Origin: an uncultured Candidatus Kuenenia sp.
Lineage (GTDB): Bacteria > Planctomycetota > Planctomycetia > Pirellulales > UBA1268
Length of the DNA: 43,078 bases
Assembly (NCBI GenBank): GCA_964478275.1
Contig: CAYZHH010000002.1
Span: forward strand, 1-43,078
Direction of reading: 5' to 3'
The translations under genes and the position numbers were made by a program. The first letter of the stretch is position 1. Each line of letters begins with the position of its first letter. Under the pieces are notes generated by a model that saw nothing but the letters and a program-made list of their open reading frames with translations, did no database searches and was not told the DNA's origin. Positions 1-8,556 of this stretch are shown here, in pieces.

Positions 1-458
1 ATCCACATCGAACCGGCCCGGCGGGATGTCTCGTGATGGCTCGCCATCAACTGCAGCATCGTCTGCCCCAGCGCATCGCCGAGCACGTCTTTTACCCCAT
101 CGACCAATTCCAGGTATTCCTGCCCGTTGAGCAGGTGACGCTTCAGGTCCAGCCACTGGTCGATCTTCTCGAGGCCGTTCCACGTGTCCTCCGCGTTGCC
201 TGGGTTCTTGAACACGGCCGCCTGACCGTCCAGATCGCTCATCACCTGCTGGTGGTAGCTGCCGGTAATCGAGTCGCCGATCAGCAGCACCCGCGGCAAG
301 GGCCGGGTCAGCGTCTTGCGGTCGGCCAGCGCCAGGCGGATCGTCTCGGTCACCTTCGGCGCCAGGTTGCCGACGCTGTGCACGTTGTTGCTCTTGGGAA
401 AGCCCTGCCGGCGGACGTCAGCGTTCAAATCATTGATGATCACCCCATACTCCCGCAT
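1..458 (-). CDS. SGNH/GDSL-family hydrolase, partial (3' end lies beyond the left window edge)
   Basis: Minus-strand frame is open from the window edge up to ATG 458 (GTG 461) with G/C-rich third positions. It is absent from the ORF track because no stop lies in the window. My translation contains the block I motif RVLLIGDSITGSY (GDS codons at 270-278). The start is uncertain: the first ~50 aa (MREYGVIINDLNADV..NNVHSVGNLAPKV) resemble the C-terminal block V region of a preceding SGNH domain. Confidence 0.6.
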   Translation of the reverse strand, partial: MREYGVIINDLNADVRRQGFPKSNNVHSVGNLAPKVTETIRLALADRKTLTRPLPRVLLIGDSITGSYHQQVMSDLDGQAAVFKNPGNAEDTWNGLEKIDQWLDLKRHLLNGQEYLELVDGVKDVLGDALGQTMLQLMASHHETSRRAGSMW

Positions 459-855
459 CACCTTCGCCGCCGCCGCTGGACGGCAGACAGTAGTCGTGGC
501 TGAGGTCGAAGCGAGCCGCGATTGAACCAGATCGGATGCCGTGTCCCGTAACGCAGGATCATCACCGGCTGCTCCAGGGCGTCGTACAGCACCGCATCGT
601 CTAAGCCCAACCCACTCACTGGCCATTCCTGTCTTTCAGAAACGCGTACTCGGGCTCGGTCGCGATCACCGCCGGCAGTGTCCCCGGCCCCGCCTCGGCC
701 GTCTCCTGCTTGAGCGGCACCACCACGCCCTGCTCCAGGACACACTCGTCCCCGGCGAGGATGAACACCTTGATCGGCGCGGTCGTGCAGCCAGACCGCA
801 TGCGCTGTGACCGTCGGTGGCCGCCCCCTGAGACCACCGAAAAGCACCCTGCCAA
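459..855 (-). pseudogene. Degenerate SGNH/SASA-like esterase domain split over three reading frames
   Basis: Block I-like IKVFILAGDECV lies in the frame of ORF 616..855. Block III-like PVMILRYGTRH lies in the frame of ORF 458..847. The block V-like segment continues in the frame of the feature at 1..458. The catalytic positions are substituted (GDS to GDE, GxND to GTRH). Confidence 0.4.
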
Positions 856-867
856 AAACGTTTTTGG
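852..867. repeat. Perfect 16-bp palindrome CCAAAAACGTTTTTGG (A/T-rich island in a GC-rich intergenic region)
   Basis: Read directly from the sequence. It lies between the stop of the sulfatase-esterase gene (918) and the SGNH remnant. Function unknown (operator or weak hairpin). Confidence 0.5.
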
Positions 868-917
868 AGGCTGGGCGCAGACTGGATTCGATGCCGAGCG
901 TTCCTGGCGATTACCGC

Positions 918-3281
918 TTAGTGAATGTCAATCACGGGCAGTTCGTCGGGCTGGCCCGGGATGAGGCCGAGCTTCTTGAGAAACTTGTCGGCGGCGATGA
1001 AGGTGCGGGGCTTCCACGGCTCGCTGTTGAAGAAGCCGTGGGGCTGACCCTCGGCCGACCAGAACTCGACGTGCTTGACGCCGGCGTCTTGGAGCTTCTT
1101 CTCGGCGGCTTTCCACCCTGGAAGCCACTTATCCTTGGTGCCGAAGAAGACAATGGCGGGGGGAAACTCGCCGGTGACATGCTCCAAGAAATCCACCTCG
1201 GGATCGGTCTGGTCTCCCGGGGCAAGCGCCGGATTGAAAAGCAGATAGGCCACAACAGACGTGCCGAACCCTTCCGGATCGCGTGGGTCGTCGAGGCCGG
1301 GATTCGTGGTGGCAAGCAGACTCACATGGCCGCCTGCCGAGCCTCCGCCCGCAATGAGCCTCGCGGGATCGACGCCCAGCTCACCGGCGTGCTGCTTGAA
1401 CCAGCGAATCGCGCTCTTGGCGTCGGTGATACACACACGCTTGGGGCTGACGCCTTCTTGGGCGTCTTGCCCACCGCCCTTCGTGTCCTCGCGACGGGCA
1501 AGCGTGTAGTCGGCCGTGGCAGCAACAAGCCCACGGCTCGCGAAGTACGCACAGAGATCTTGGAACTGCGATCGGTTGCCGCCCGACCAGCCGCCCCCAT
1601 GAAACATGATGATGCCCGGCACCGGCGGGCTCTTCGGGCCATGCCCCTTCGGAACGTGAACCTCAATCTCGCGGGCGTTCTCGCCGTCGCCCTTGTACGT
1701 GAAGATTTTGATTTCGGGTGCGTCGGGCCTCTCCTGGGCGGCCGCATCATTCTGCTGCGGCAAAGTTTCTCGAGCGTCTGCGTCCAGCTCGGGATAACGA
1801 GACTCGCGGACCTGCGTGAGCAGCGCCGTCATGGCCTTCACGCGATCCGGGTGTTTGCTCGCGAGGTTGTTTCGTTGGCCGATGTCGTCCTTGAGGTTGT
1901 AGAGTTCGACCGGGCCGTCGTCATCGGCCGGATACCCATGCTTCGTGTCCCAGGCCTTCGGCGCCGGGCGGCCGTAGCCGGTTTTGGCATCCACGAGCAG
2001 CCAGTCGCCGTCGCGAAACGCGTAGCGGCCTGCAAACGTATTGTGAACCATGTGAGAGCGTGGCGGCTCGGCCTCGCCTCTGAGATACGGAAGAAAATTG
2101 AAGGAATCGATGGCCTGGCCAGCGGGGATCTCGAGATCGAGCGCCGCGGCCAGCGTGGCCATGAGATCGACCTGAGACACGAGTGCCTCAGAGACGCAGC
2201 CGGGCTCCGTGACCCCCGGCCAGCGGACGAGAAACGGCACATGATGGCCGCCCTCATACATGTCTCGCTTGAGTCCCCGGAGCGGTGCCGCCGACCAGTG
2301 ACCGTACCTCTCGTCGCGGGCATAGGCATAAAATTCCGGGCCGTTGTCGGCAGTGAAGATGACGATCGTGTTGTCGGCGTGGCCACTCTCCTCGAGGGCC
2401 TCAAGGATTCGTCCTACGGCCGCGTCGGTCTGAAACACAAAGTCGCCGTAGGGGCCGGCCTGGGATTTTCCGTCGAACTCGTCGTTGGGGATGATCGGCG
2501 CATGCGGCGATGAGAAGGGCACATAGAGAAAGAAGGGCTCCTTCTTCCCCCTGCGACCGCGGACCCACTCAACACTTCTTTCAGTCAGCGTCGGGAGCAC
2601 TCGATAAAAATCCCAGTCCGCAAGGGCCGGGCCAGGCCGGGCTTCCCACTGGCCCTCCTTCGGGGGTTCCTTAAAGGTGCCGTTGATGACGGCGTTGGGG
2701 GCCTGCGGGAAGCGGTCGTCCACGATCCAGGCGTACGGCGGGAAGTTGATGACGTCGTCGCCGAAGTAGTGGTCGAAGCCGTGCGCGAGCGGCCCATTGG
2801 GAACAGGCTTCGTCCAGTCGAAGTCGCCAGGCTGGATCGATTTCTTCGGCGTACCAGGCTTGCGGATGGCGTCCCAGTCCCAGCCGAGGTGCCACTTGCC
2901 GATGCAGGCAGTTGCGTACCCCTTCTCCTTCAGCATCTCAGGGAGCGTGAGCTGCTCCTGCTTGAACACGGACGCACCAAAGGAATTGACGATGTCGTGA
3001 AAATCCCGCCAATGGTGGCGGCCGGTGAGCATGGCATAGCGAGACGGGGTGCAGATGCCCGAGGAGGAATGGCCGTCGGTACACCGCATGCCCGAGGCGG
3101 CGAGCCGGTCGAGATTCGGCGTGGGGATTTTTGAGTTGGGGTTTGAGCAGCCGAGATCGCCGTACCCGAGGTCGTCGGCGTAGAGGAGGATGATGTTGGG
3201 CGGGGCAGCGGCCGGCTCCGTCGCCATCGACATGGCAGCGTGGCCGAGCAAAAGCGAAAACACAACGGTGCGTAGAGGCAT
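918..3281 (-). CDS. Secreted Cys-type sulfatase fused to a C-terminal alpha/beta-hydrolase (esterase/lipase-type) domain
   Basis: Signal-peptide-like MPLRTVVFSLLLGHAAMSMA is followed by PNIILLYADDLGYGD and the C-T-P-S-R motif (ICTPSRYAMLTGR). The C-terminal ~230 aa carry HGGG (1590-1601), GGSAGG (GxSxG) and a PHGFF His. The ORF track start at 3401 is GTG; I prefer ATG 3281 because it begins the signal peptide. Confidence 0.9.
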   Translation of the reverse strand: MPLRTVVFSLLLGHAAMSMATEPAAAPPNIILLYADDLGYGDLGCSNPNSKIPTPNLDRLAASGMRCTDGHSSSGICTPSRYAMLTGRHHWRDFHDIVNSFGASVFKQEQLTLPEMLKEKGYATACIGKWHLGWDWDAIRKPGTPKKSIQPGDFDWTKPVPNGPLAHGFDHYFGDDVINFPPYAWIVDDRFPQAPNAVINGTFKEPPKEGQWEARPGPALADWDFYRVLPTLTERSVEWVRGRRGKKEPFFLYVPFSSPHAPIIPNDEFDGKSQAGPYGDFVFQTDAAVGRILEALEESGHADNTIVIFTADNGPEFYAYARDERYGHWSAAPLRGLKRDMYEGGHHVPFLVRWPGVTEPGCVSEALVSQVDLMATLAAALDLEIPAGQAIDSFNFLPYLRGEAEPPRSHMVHNTFAGRYAFRDGDWLLVDAKTGYGRPAPKAWDTKHGYPADDDGPVELYNLKDDIGQRNNLASKHPDRVKAMTALLTQVRESRYPELDADARETLPQQNDAAAQERPDAPEIKIFTYKGDGENAREIEVHVPKGHGPKSPPVPGIIMFHGGGWSGGNRSQFQDLCAYFASRGLVAATADYTLARREDTKGGGQDAQEGVSPKRVCITDAKSAIRWFKQHAGELGVDPARLIAGGGSAGGHVSLLATTNPGLDDPRDPEGFGTSVVAYLLFNPALAPGDQTDPEVDFLEHVTGEFPPAIVFFGTKDKWLPGWKAAEKKLQDAGVKHVEFWSAEGQPHGFFNSEPWKPRTFIAADKFLKKLGLIPGQPDELPVIDIH

Positions 3282-3417
3282 GCCACGACCTTGGGGAACG
3301 GCGTTCAGGGAAGCCCGACGACCACCCAGGTTGACGGGGAGCCCGACGGCCATCCACACTTTTTGATCGAAATCGCCTGAAATAGCCAGAGACCCGATCA
3401 CGACTCAGTCACGCAAG

Positions 3418-6400
3418 ATGCCATCGTACCAGCGCATCAAAGCCGCCCTCGCGGCCCAGCGGGCGCGTGAGCGCGAGTCATCCGGCCCGCTCGATTCGTC
3501 GCTGGCGACATGGCGCAGCGAACTCGACGAACTGGTCGATGCTCACGGCAGCGAGCTTGCGAATCGAGGCATGGAGTATGTCACCAGTATCACGGGCATG
3601 CACTATGTCCCGTCCAAGCGACATATCGCTTGCGTGTGCCAGGGCAGCCGACAGAAACCGTACTTTGTCTCTATCTGCATCGACGACCCGTCCGACGACA
3701 TGGATTATTGGCTCGACGCGTCCTGCTCCTGCCCATACTCCGATGGTGAGATTCTCTGTAAGCACACGTACGCGGCAGCCACCGTTCTCAAACGGGAGTT
3801 TTTTGGCCGTGGCCTCGAGTCGCCGCTCGTGCGATCCATCCTGGGCGAGGCAGAAGCGGATTGGAAGGCAGCGCTTCGGCAGCTTGACGAGTTTCTGAAG
3901 CGTCCTGCCAAGGACAGGGACGACTCGCCCGCGAAATCGCAGGCGCGACTCGTCTGGCGGATCATCACGCGCCCCAGCTCGTCCCCATACAGTTCTCCAA
4001 TCACCGTCGATCCGGTCGAGCAAACACCGAAGACAACCAGCGGTGGCGGCTGGAACCGGGGCCGCGTCATGCGGTGGAACGACCTGGCACGCCGGAAAGA
4101 CGGGCTTGCAACGCCCGCCGACCTCACGGTGATTCGCGCGACGCCGATCTCCATGTACCAATATGAGCCATTGAGCGACCAATGGTCAACGATTCTCGAC
4201 GCGCTGGTCGGCCATCCGCTCGTGTTCTACGAAAACCGGCCGATCACGATCCGCCGCGGCATGCTCGGGATGTGCCTTCGAGACCAGCAAGCGGCGTGGC
4301 AGTTGACCTCGTCGCTCGACGGCCGATCGCTCATGGAGTTTTCGTTCGTCGCGATTCTCGACGACAACCATCTGGCCGCTATCGACGGCGACGCGAGCGT
4401 GTTGGTTCTCGCCACGGCGAAGTCAGACCTCTTGCAGTTTGTGGCGTCGCTCATGAACAACACACCACGCATTCCGAAAGAGGGGCAGGCAGAGTTCTTG
4501 AGCCGACTCCCCGCGCTCGAGGAGCTGGTGCCGGTCACGCTGCCAGAGTCGCTCAAGGGCGAGCTCGTCGAAGCGATCACCGATCTCACACTGCGCATCC
4601 ATCCCGGCGAACTGACCGGGGCTCACCTCGAGCTGCGAATCACGCCCGCCCCCGCAGGCACTGCGTTCGTGCCTGGCCAGGGGCCTATGGAAGTATCTGG
4701 CAAGCAGGGCGGCGAGCGAGTGCGGGTTGAACGTGACCTCGACGACGAACGCCGCCGAGGTACGACCCTTGCGAACGAGCTCCTGCTGGCCCGGTTCGAC
4801 TCGCCCGAACCCTTCGCGTGGCAGCTCGCCACGGACGACGACGTGCTCGACGTGCTCGATTCGATTCGCCAGCGGCCCGAGAATGACCCGCTGGTGGTCT
4901 GGCCCGAGGACCAGAAGGTGCGCCGCATGAGCGTGCTCGGCGAGATTGCACCGGCTTCACTGAAAGTCGAAATCAAGGACCAGCATGACTGGTTCGGCCT
5001 GTCGGGGGCGATCGAGCTCGGGGGCGAGACGATCCCGCTGGCGACGCTCCTGGCAGCGCTGCGGGAAGGACGACGCTACATCCCGCTCGGCAAGGGGCAC
5101 TTTGCATCGATCACAAAGGCTTTCCGCGATCGCCTTGCATCGGTTGCGGACATGCTGCACTCCAACCGTGGCAAGCTCGAGTTCAACACGACTGCGGCCC
5201 CAGTCATCGCCGACCTTCTCGACGAACAGATCACACTTAAGTCGTCAAAGAAGTGGAAAGAGTCGCTCACGCGCTTGAATCGATCCATCGATCTCGATCC
5301 ACCGGTGCCGACGACGCTCACCGCAGACCTGCGTGACTATCAGGTTGACGGGTTCAAATGGCTGCGACGGCTCGCCGAGTGGGGCGTCGGTGGTATCCTC
5401 GCTGACGACATGGGCCTCGGGAAAACAGTGCAAGCCCTGGCTGTGCTCTTGGACCGACGCGAGGCTGGCCCGATTCTCGTCGTCGCACCGGTGTCGGTCG
5501 GGTTCAACTGGGTTCGTGAGGCGGAGCGGTTCGCGCCGACCCTCGCGCCGATGCTCTACCGTGACACGGATCGCAAGGAGTTTCTCGCGTCGCTCGGCCA
5601 CGGTGACATGCTCATCACGAGTTATCACCTTCTCCTCCAGCATGTTGATGACCTCGCCGGTGTTCGATGGGGGACACTGGTGCTCGATGAGGCCCAGGCC
5701 ATCAAGAACAGCCAAACAAAGACCGCGCAGGCCGTGCGGAAGCTCGATGCCGACTGGCGGTTTGCCCTCACCGGCACGCCGTGCGAGAACCACCTCGGCG
5801 ATCTCTGGAGTATCTTTCGTGCCGTTTCGCCCGGACTTTTCGGGAGTTGGGAGCGGTTTCGCGAGGTCTTTGCCAACCCGATCGAGAAGGGAAAGAGTAC
5901 GGAACGCAAAGGGGCGCTGGCGCGGGTTCTCCGGCCGTTTGTCTTGCGCCGCTCGAAGAGCGAGGTGCTGACCGAACTGCCGCCGCGGACTGAAGTGCAA
6001 CTCACAGCCGAGCTCTCCGACGCCGAACGGCGCCGCTATGAAGATGCCCGCCTGTCGGCCATCGCCCAGCTTGCCGACGTGGCCAGTGAGACCGGGAAAG
6101 ACAAGCGTTTTCAAGTCCTGGCCGCGCTCACGAAGCTTCGCCAACTCTCATGCCATCCGAGGCTCGTCGATGCGGGATGGAAACATTCCTCGGCCAAGCT
6201 CGATCTGTTCCTGGAAACCGTGGACGAGCTTCGCGACGGCAACCACCGCGCCCTCGTCTTCAGCCAGTTCACATCGCACCTCGCCCTTGTTCGCGAGGCG
6301 CTCGACGCCCGGCAGATCACATACCAGTACCTCGACGGTCACACGCCACCCGCCAAGCGCCACGAGCGCGTCGATGCCTTCCAGCGAGGCGAGGGGGAGC

Positions 6401-6714
6401 TCTTTCTGATCTCACTCAAGGCGGGAGGCACCGGCCTCAACCTCACCGGCGCCGACTATGTGATTCACCTCGACCCATGGTGGAACCCGGCCGTCGAGGA
6501 CCAGGCCAGCGACCGAGCCCACCGGATCGGCCAGACCCGACCGGTCACGGTCTATCGGCTCGTCGCGAAGGACACGATCGAGGAACAGATCCTCAAGCTT
6601 CACGCCGACAAGCGAGACCTGGTCGCTAGCATCCTCGACGGCACTGACCAGGCCGCCAAACTCTCGACCCGCGAACTGATCGACCTCATCGCGCTGGGAA
6701 GCCGTCGGACGTAG
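3418..6714 (+). CDS. SNF2-family DEAD/DEAH-box helicase with N-terminal SWIM zinc finger
   Basis: SWIM CxCx(n)CxH motif CSCPYSDGEILCKH (3724-3765). Helicase motif I is LADDMGLGKT and motif II is DEAQAIKN. The C-terminal helicase lobe has LISLKAGGTGLNLTGADYVIHLDPWWNPAVEDQASDRAHRIGQ. Confidence 0.9.
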   Translation: MPSYQRIKAALAAQRARERESSGPLDSSLATWRSELDELVDAHGSELANRGMEYVTSITGMHYVPSKRHIACVCQGSRQKPYFVSICIDDPSDDMDYWLDASCSCPYSDGEILCKHTYAAATVLKREFFGRGLESPLVRSILGEAEADWKAALRQLDEFLKRPAKDRDDSPAKSQARLVWRIITRPSSSPYSSPITVDPVEQTPKTTSGGGWNRGRVMRWNDLARRKDGLATPADLTVIRATPISMYQYEPLSDQWSTILDALVGHPLVFYENRPITIRRGMLGMCLRDQQAAWQLTSSLDGRSLMEFSFVAILDDNHLAAIDGDASVLVLATAKSDLLQFVASLMNNTPRIPKEGQAEFLSRLPALEELVPVTLPESLKGELVEAITDLTLRIHPGELTGAHLELRITPAPAGTAFVPGQGPMEVSGKQGGERVRVERDLDDERRRGTTLANELLLARFDSPEPFAWQLATDDDVLDVLDSIRQRPENDPLVVWPEDQKVRRMSVLGEIAPASLKVEIKDQHDWFGLSGAIELGGETIPLATLLAALREGRRYIPLGKGHFASITKAFRDRLASVADMLHSNRGKLEFNTTAAPVIADLLDEQITLKSSKKWKESLTRLNRSIDLDPPVPTTLTADLRDYQVDGFKWLRRLAEWGVGGILADDMGLGKTVQALAVLLDRREAGPILVVAPVSVGFNWVREAERFAPTLAPMLYRDTDRKEFLASLGHGDMLITSYHLLLQHVDDLAGVRWGTLVLDEAQAIKNSQTKTAQAVRKLDADWRFALTGTPCENHLGDLWSIFRAVSPGLFGSWERFREVFANPIEKGKSTERKGALARVLRPFVLRRSKSEVLTELPPRTEVQLTAELSDAERRRYEDARLSAIAQLADVASETGKDKRFQVLAALTKLRQLSCHPRLVDAGWKHSSAKLDLFLETVDELRDGNHRALVFSQFTSHLALVREALDARQITYQYLDGHTPPAKRHERVDAFQRGEGELFLISLKAGGTGLNLTGADYVIHLDPWWNPAVEDQASDRAHRIGQTRPVTVYRLVAKDTIEEQILKLHADKRDLVASILDGTDQAAKLSTRELIDLIALGSRRT

Positions 6715-6790
6715 CCTCCTGTTTTGGACGCCTGGTGTCCCACTCGGCCTTCACTCGTAGCGACAGCTCCGATCGGGGGGCGGCAGATGA

Positions 6791-7550
6791 TCACGGGCCC
6801 GTGATCTCACGGAGCTTCTCGAAGAACGCGCGCTTGCGAGGGCTGCTGATGCCCCAGTTCACGGGCACGCTCTGGAAGCCGTCGTCGAAGCCCTCGCCCC
6901 GCATTCGGAAGTCGAAGAAGCCCCACGAGGCGTACTCCTCGACGGCAGCCACCAGATTCGACCGAGGCTTGTCGAAGTCGAAGTGATCGTCTTCATTGAA
7001 AACGATCAGCAGCTCCCGATCGGGAAGCACCGCCTTCGTCTTGCGGATCTGCTCGATGATCTGGTTTGGATCGTTCGCCCCATTGCCGTGGAGCAGCAGA
7101 AAATCAGCAACGTCGACGACGTTCTTCTTCGGCACGGTCCTGCCACCGTAGCTGGTGCTGACCAGCAGCCCGTGACCGTCACTAATCCTCGCCTGCACGC
7201 GGGCGATCAGCTCATGCACTCGTTCGGGCTCGAGGATCGGATGGTCGTAGCGGACGTTGCATTCGTTATTGATCTCGACCAACACGTTGCGGTAGCCGCG
7301 ATCAAGGAGCCAGTCAGTGGCGTTATCGACGCCGCGGATCACAGCGGCCTCGTCGGCAAGCCGCTCGTCTTGACCAAAGTAGAAGTAGCCCAGGATCACG
7401 GCCATGCCGAGCTCATCGGCTCGATCGAGAATCGTCTCGCAGCGGGCCATGAATGGTCACCACGGTGCGTCGCGGCGGCGGGTCGACACTTCCGGCCGGT
7501 GCCATGCTACCCAGCGTGAGGACAACGCCGATGATCCAGCGGAACGCCAT
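6791..7550 (-). pseudogene. Probable truncated and frameshifted clan GH-A-like TIM-barrel glycosidase
   Basis: The 219-aa ORF (6791..7450) has a beta4-like VEINNE and a beta7-like VFNEDD but lacks the first barrel strands. An SD (GGAG), ATG 7550 and signal peptide MAFRWIIGVVLTLGSMAPAGS sit just upstream in a different frame (46-codon ORF 7413..7550). Confidence 0.5.
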
Positions 7551-7598
7551 GGGCCTGATCTCCGGAGGCTTTGATGCTGCGAGGCGTGATCGAAACTG

Positions 7599-8450
7599 CT
7601 ACGCGGGCTCGCACACGCCCCGCTGGTTGCCGAGGCCGTCGATGGCAAGGGTCACGACGTCGCCGGCTCGGAGATAGACCGGTGGCTTCATCCCCATGCC
7701 GACGCCAGGCGGCGTGCCGGTGATCACCACGTCACCGGCCTCGAGCGTGAGGAACTGCGAGAGATAGTGAACGAGGTACCACACGTCAAAAATCATCGTC
7801 GAGGTATGACCGGTCTGACGCCGCTCGCCGTTGACCTCGAGCGTCATACCGAGCGACTGGGGATCGGGCACCTCGTCGGGCGTCACAAGCCACGGCCCAA
7901 GCGGCAGAAAATTGTCGCTGCTTTTGCCCTTCACCCACTGCCCACCGTGCTCGAGCTGAAAGCCCCGCTCCGACACATCGTTGGCCGCGCAGAATCCGGC
8001 CACATGGTCACGGGCAGACTCCTTCGACGGGAGGTAACGGGCGTCGCGAGCGATCACGAAGGCCAGCTCCACCTCCCAGTCGAGCTTTTCACTTCCGCGC
8101 GGAACCAGAATCGGATCGTACGGGCCGCAGACGCAGCCGGTCGCCTTCGTGAAGAGGATCGGCTCGGTGGGGATCGCAGCCCCGGTCTCCTTGGCGTGGT
8201 CGGCGTAGTTGAGACCGATCGCCCACACGTTTCGTGGGCGGGCCACCGGAGCACCGATGCGCACGCCCGCCGGCACGTCGGGCACGCCATCGAGATCGGC
8301 AGCCACGCTCCGCAGCGCGGTCAGCCCGCCCCTTGAAAAAAAAGCGTGGTCGTAGTCGGCGACATGGGCCGACACATCCTTGATCCGGCCGTCGGCAGCG
8401 ACGAGTCCAGGCTTCTCTTGGCCACGCGCGCCAAAACGAACGAGTTTCAT
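7599..8450 (-). CDS. Fumarylacetoacetate hydrolase (FAH) family protein (2-keto-acid hydratase/hydrolase type)
   Basis: Typical FAH-family sequence: MKLVRFG...GLNYADHAKE...DWEVELAFVI...MIFDVWYLVHYLS..LEAGDVVITGTPPGVG. The length (283 aa) fits the family. Confidence 0.9.
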   Translation of the reverse strand: MKLVRFGARGQEKPGLVAADGRIKDVSAHVADYDHAFFSRGGLTALRSVAADLDGVPDVPAGVRIGAPVARPRNVWAIGLNYADHAKETGAAIPTEPILFTKATGCVCGPYDPILVPRGSEKLDWEVELAFVIARDARYLPSKESARDHVAGFCAANDVSERGFQLEHGGQWVKGKSSDNFLPLGPWLVTPDEVPDPQSLGMTLEVNGERRQTGHTSTMIFDVWYLVHYLSQFLTLEAGDVVITGTPPGVGMGMKPPVYLRAGDVVTLAIDGLGNQRGVCEPA

Positions 8451-8468
8451 GGCGTCAGTATCGTATCG

Positions 8469-8485
8469 ATTGGCAACGTTGCAAT
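8469..8485. promoter_or_regulatory. Candidate operator: palindrome centred on GCAACGTTGC in the divergent FAH/uxaC intergenic region
   Basis: A perfect 10-bp palindrome lies at 8473-8482. It extends to ATTG(G)CAAC/GTTGCAAT with one bulged G. The CG-centred half-site symmetry resembles LacI-type operators. No cognate regulator is in the window. Confidence 0.3.
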
Positions 8486-8556
8486 CGTGTGGAAGCCTGC
8501 CCGGGCCCGAACGGTAGACTCATTGGTCTTCAATCCTTCCGGAGCCTGCCCGCGCG

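Noticed and set aside
807-2513. 568-aa plus-strand ORF antisense to the sulfatase-esterase gene
   Set aside because: It is a typical high-GC shadow ORF. Its composition is R/A/G/L-rich with no recognisable motif, whereas the minus strand encodes clear sulfatase and esterase signatures over the same span.
3418-6714. SNF2/SWIM helicase considered as part of a defence or mobile system
   Set aside because: It is a stand-alone gene. No adjacent methylase, nuclease, integrase or other partner genes are present, and the flanking genes are metabolic. This SWIM-SNF2 architecture is, to my knowledge, a widespread housekeeping-type gene.
8336-8343. A8/T8 homopolymer tracts inside coding regions (also 32983-32990), considered as phase-variation sites
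   Set aside because: They simply encode Phe-Phe (TTT TTT) in otherwise conserved enzymes. They are short and show no supporting signs of contingency-locus behaviour.
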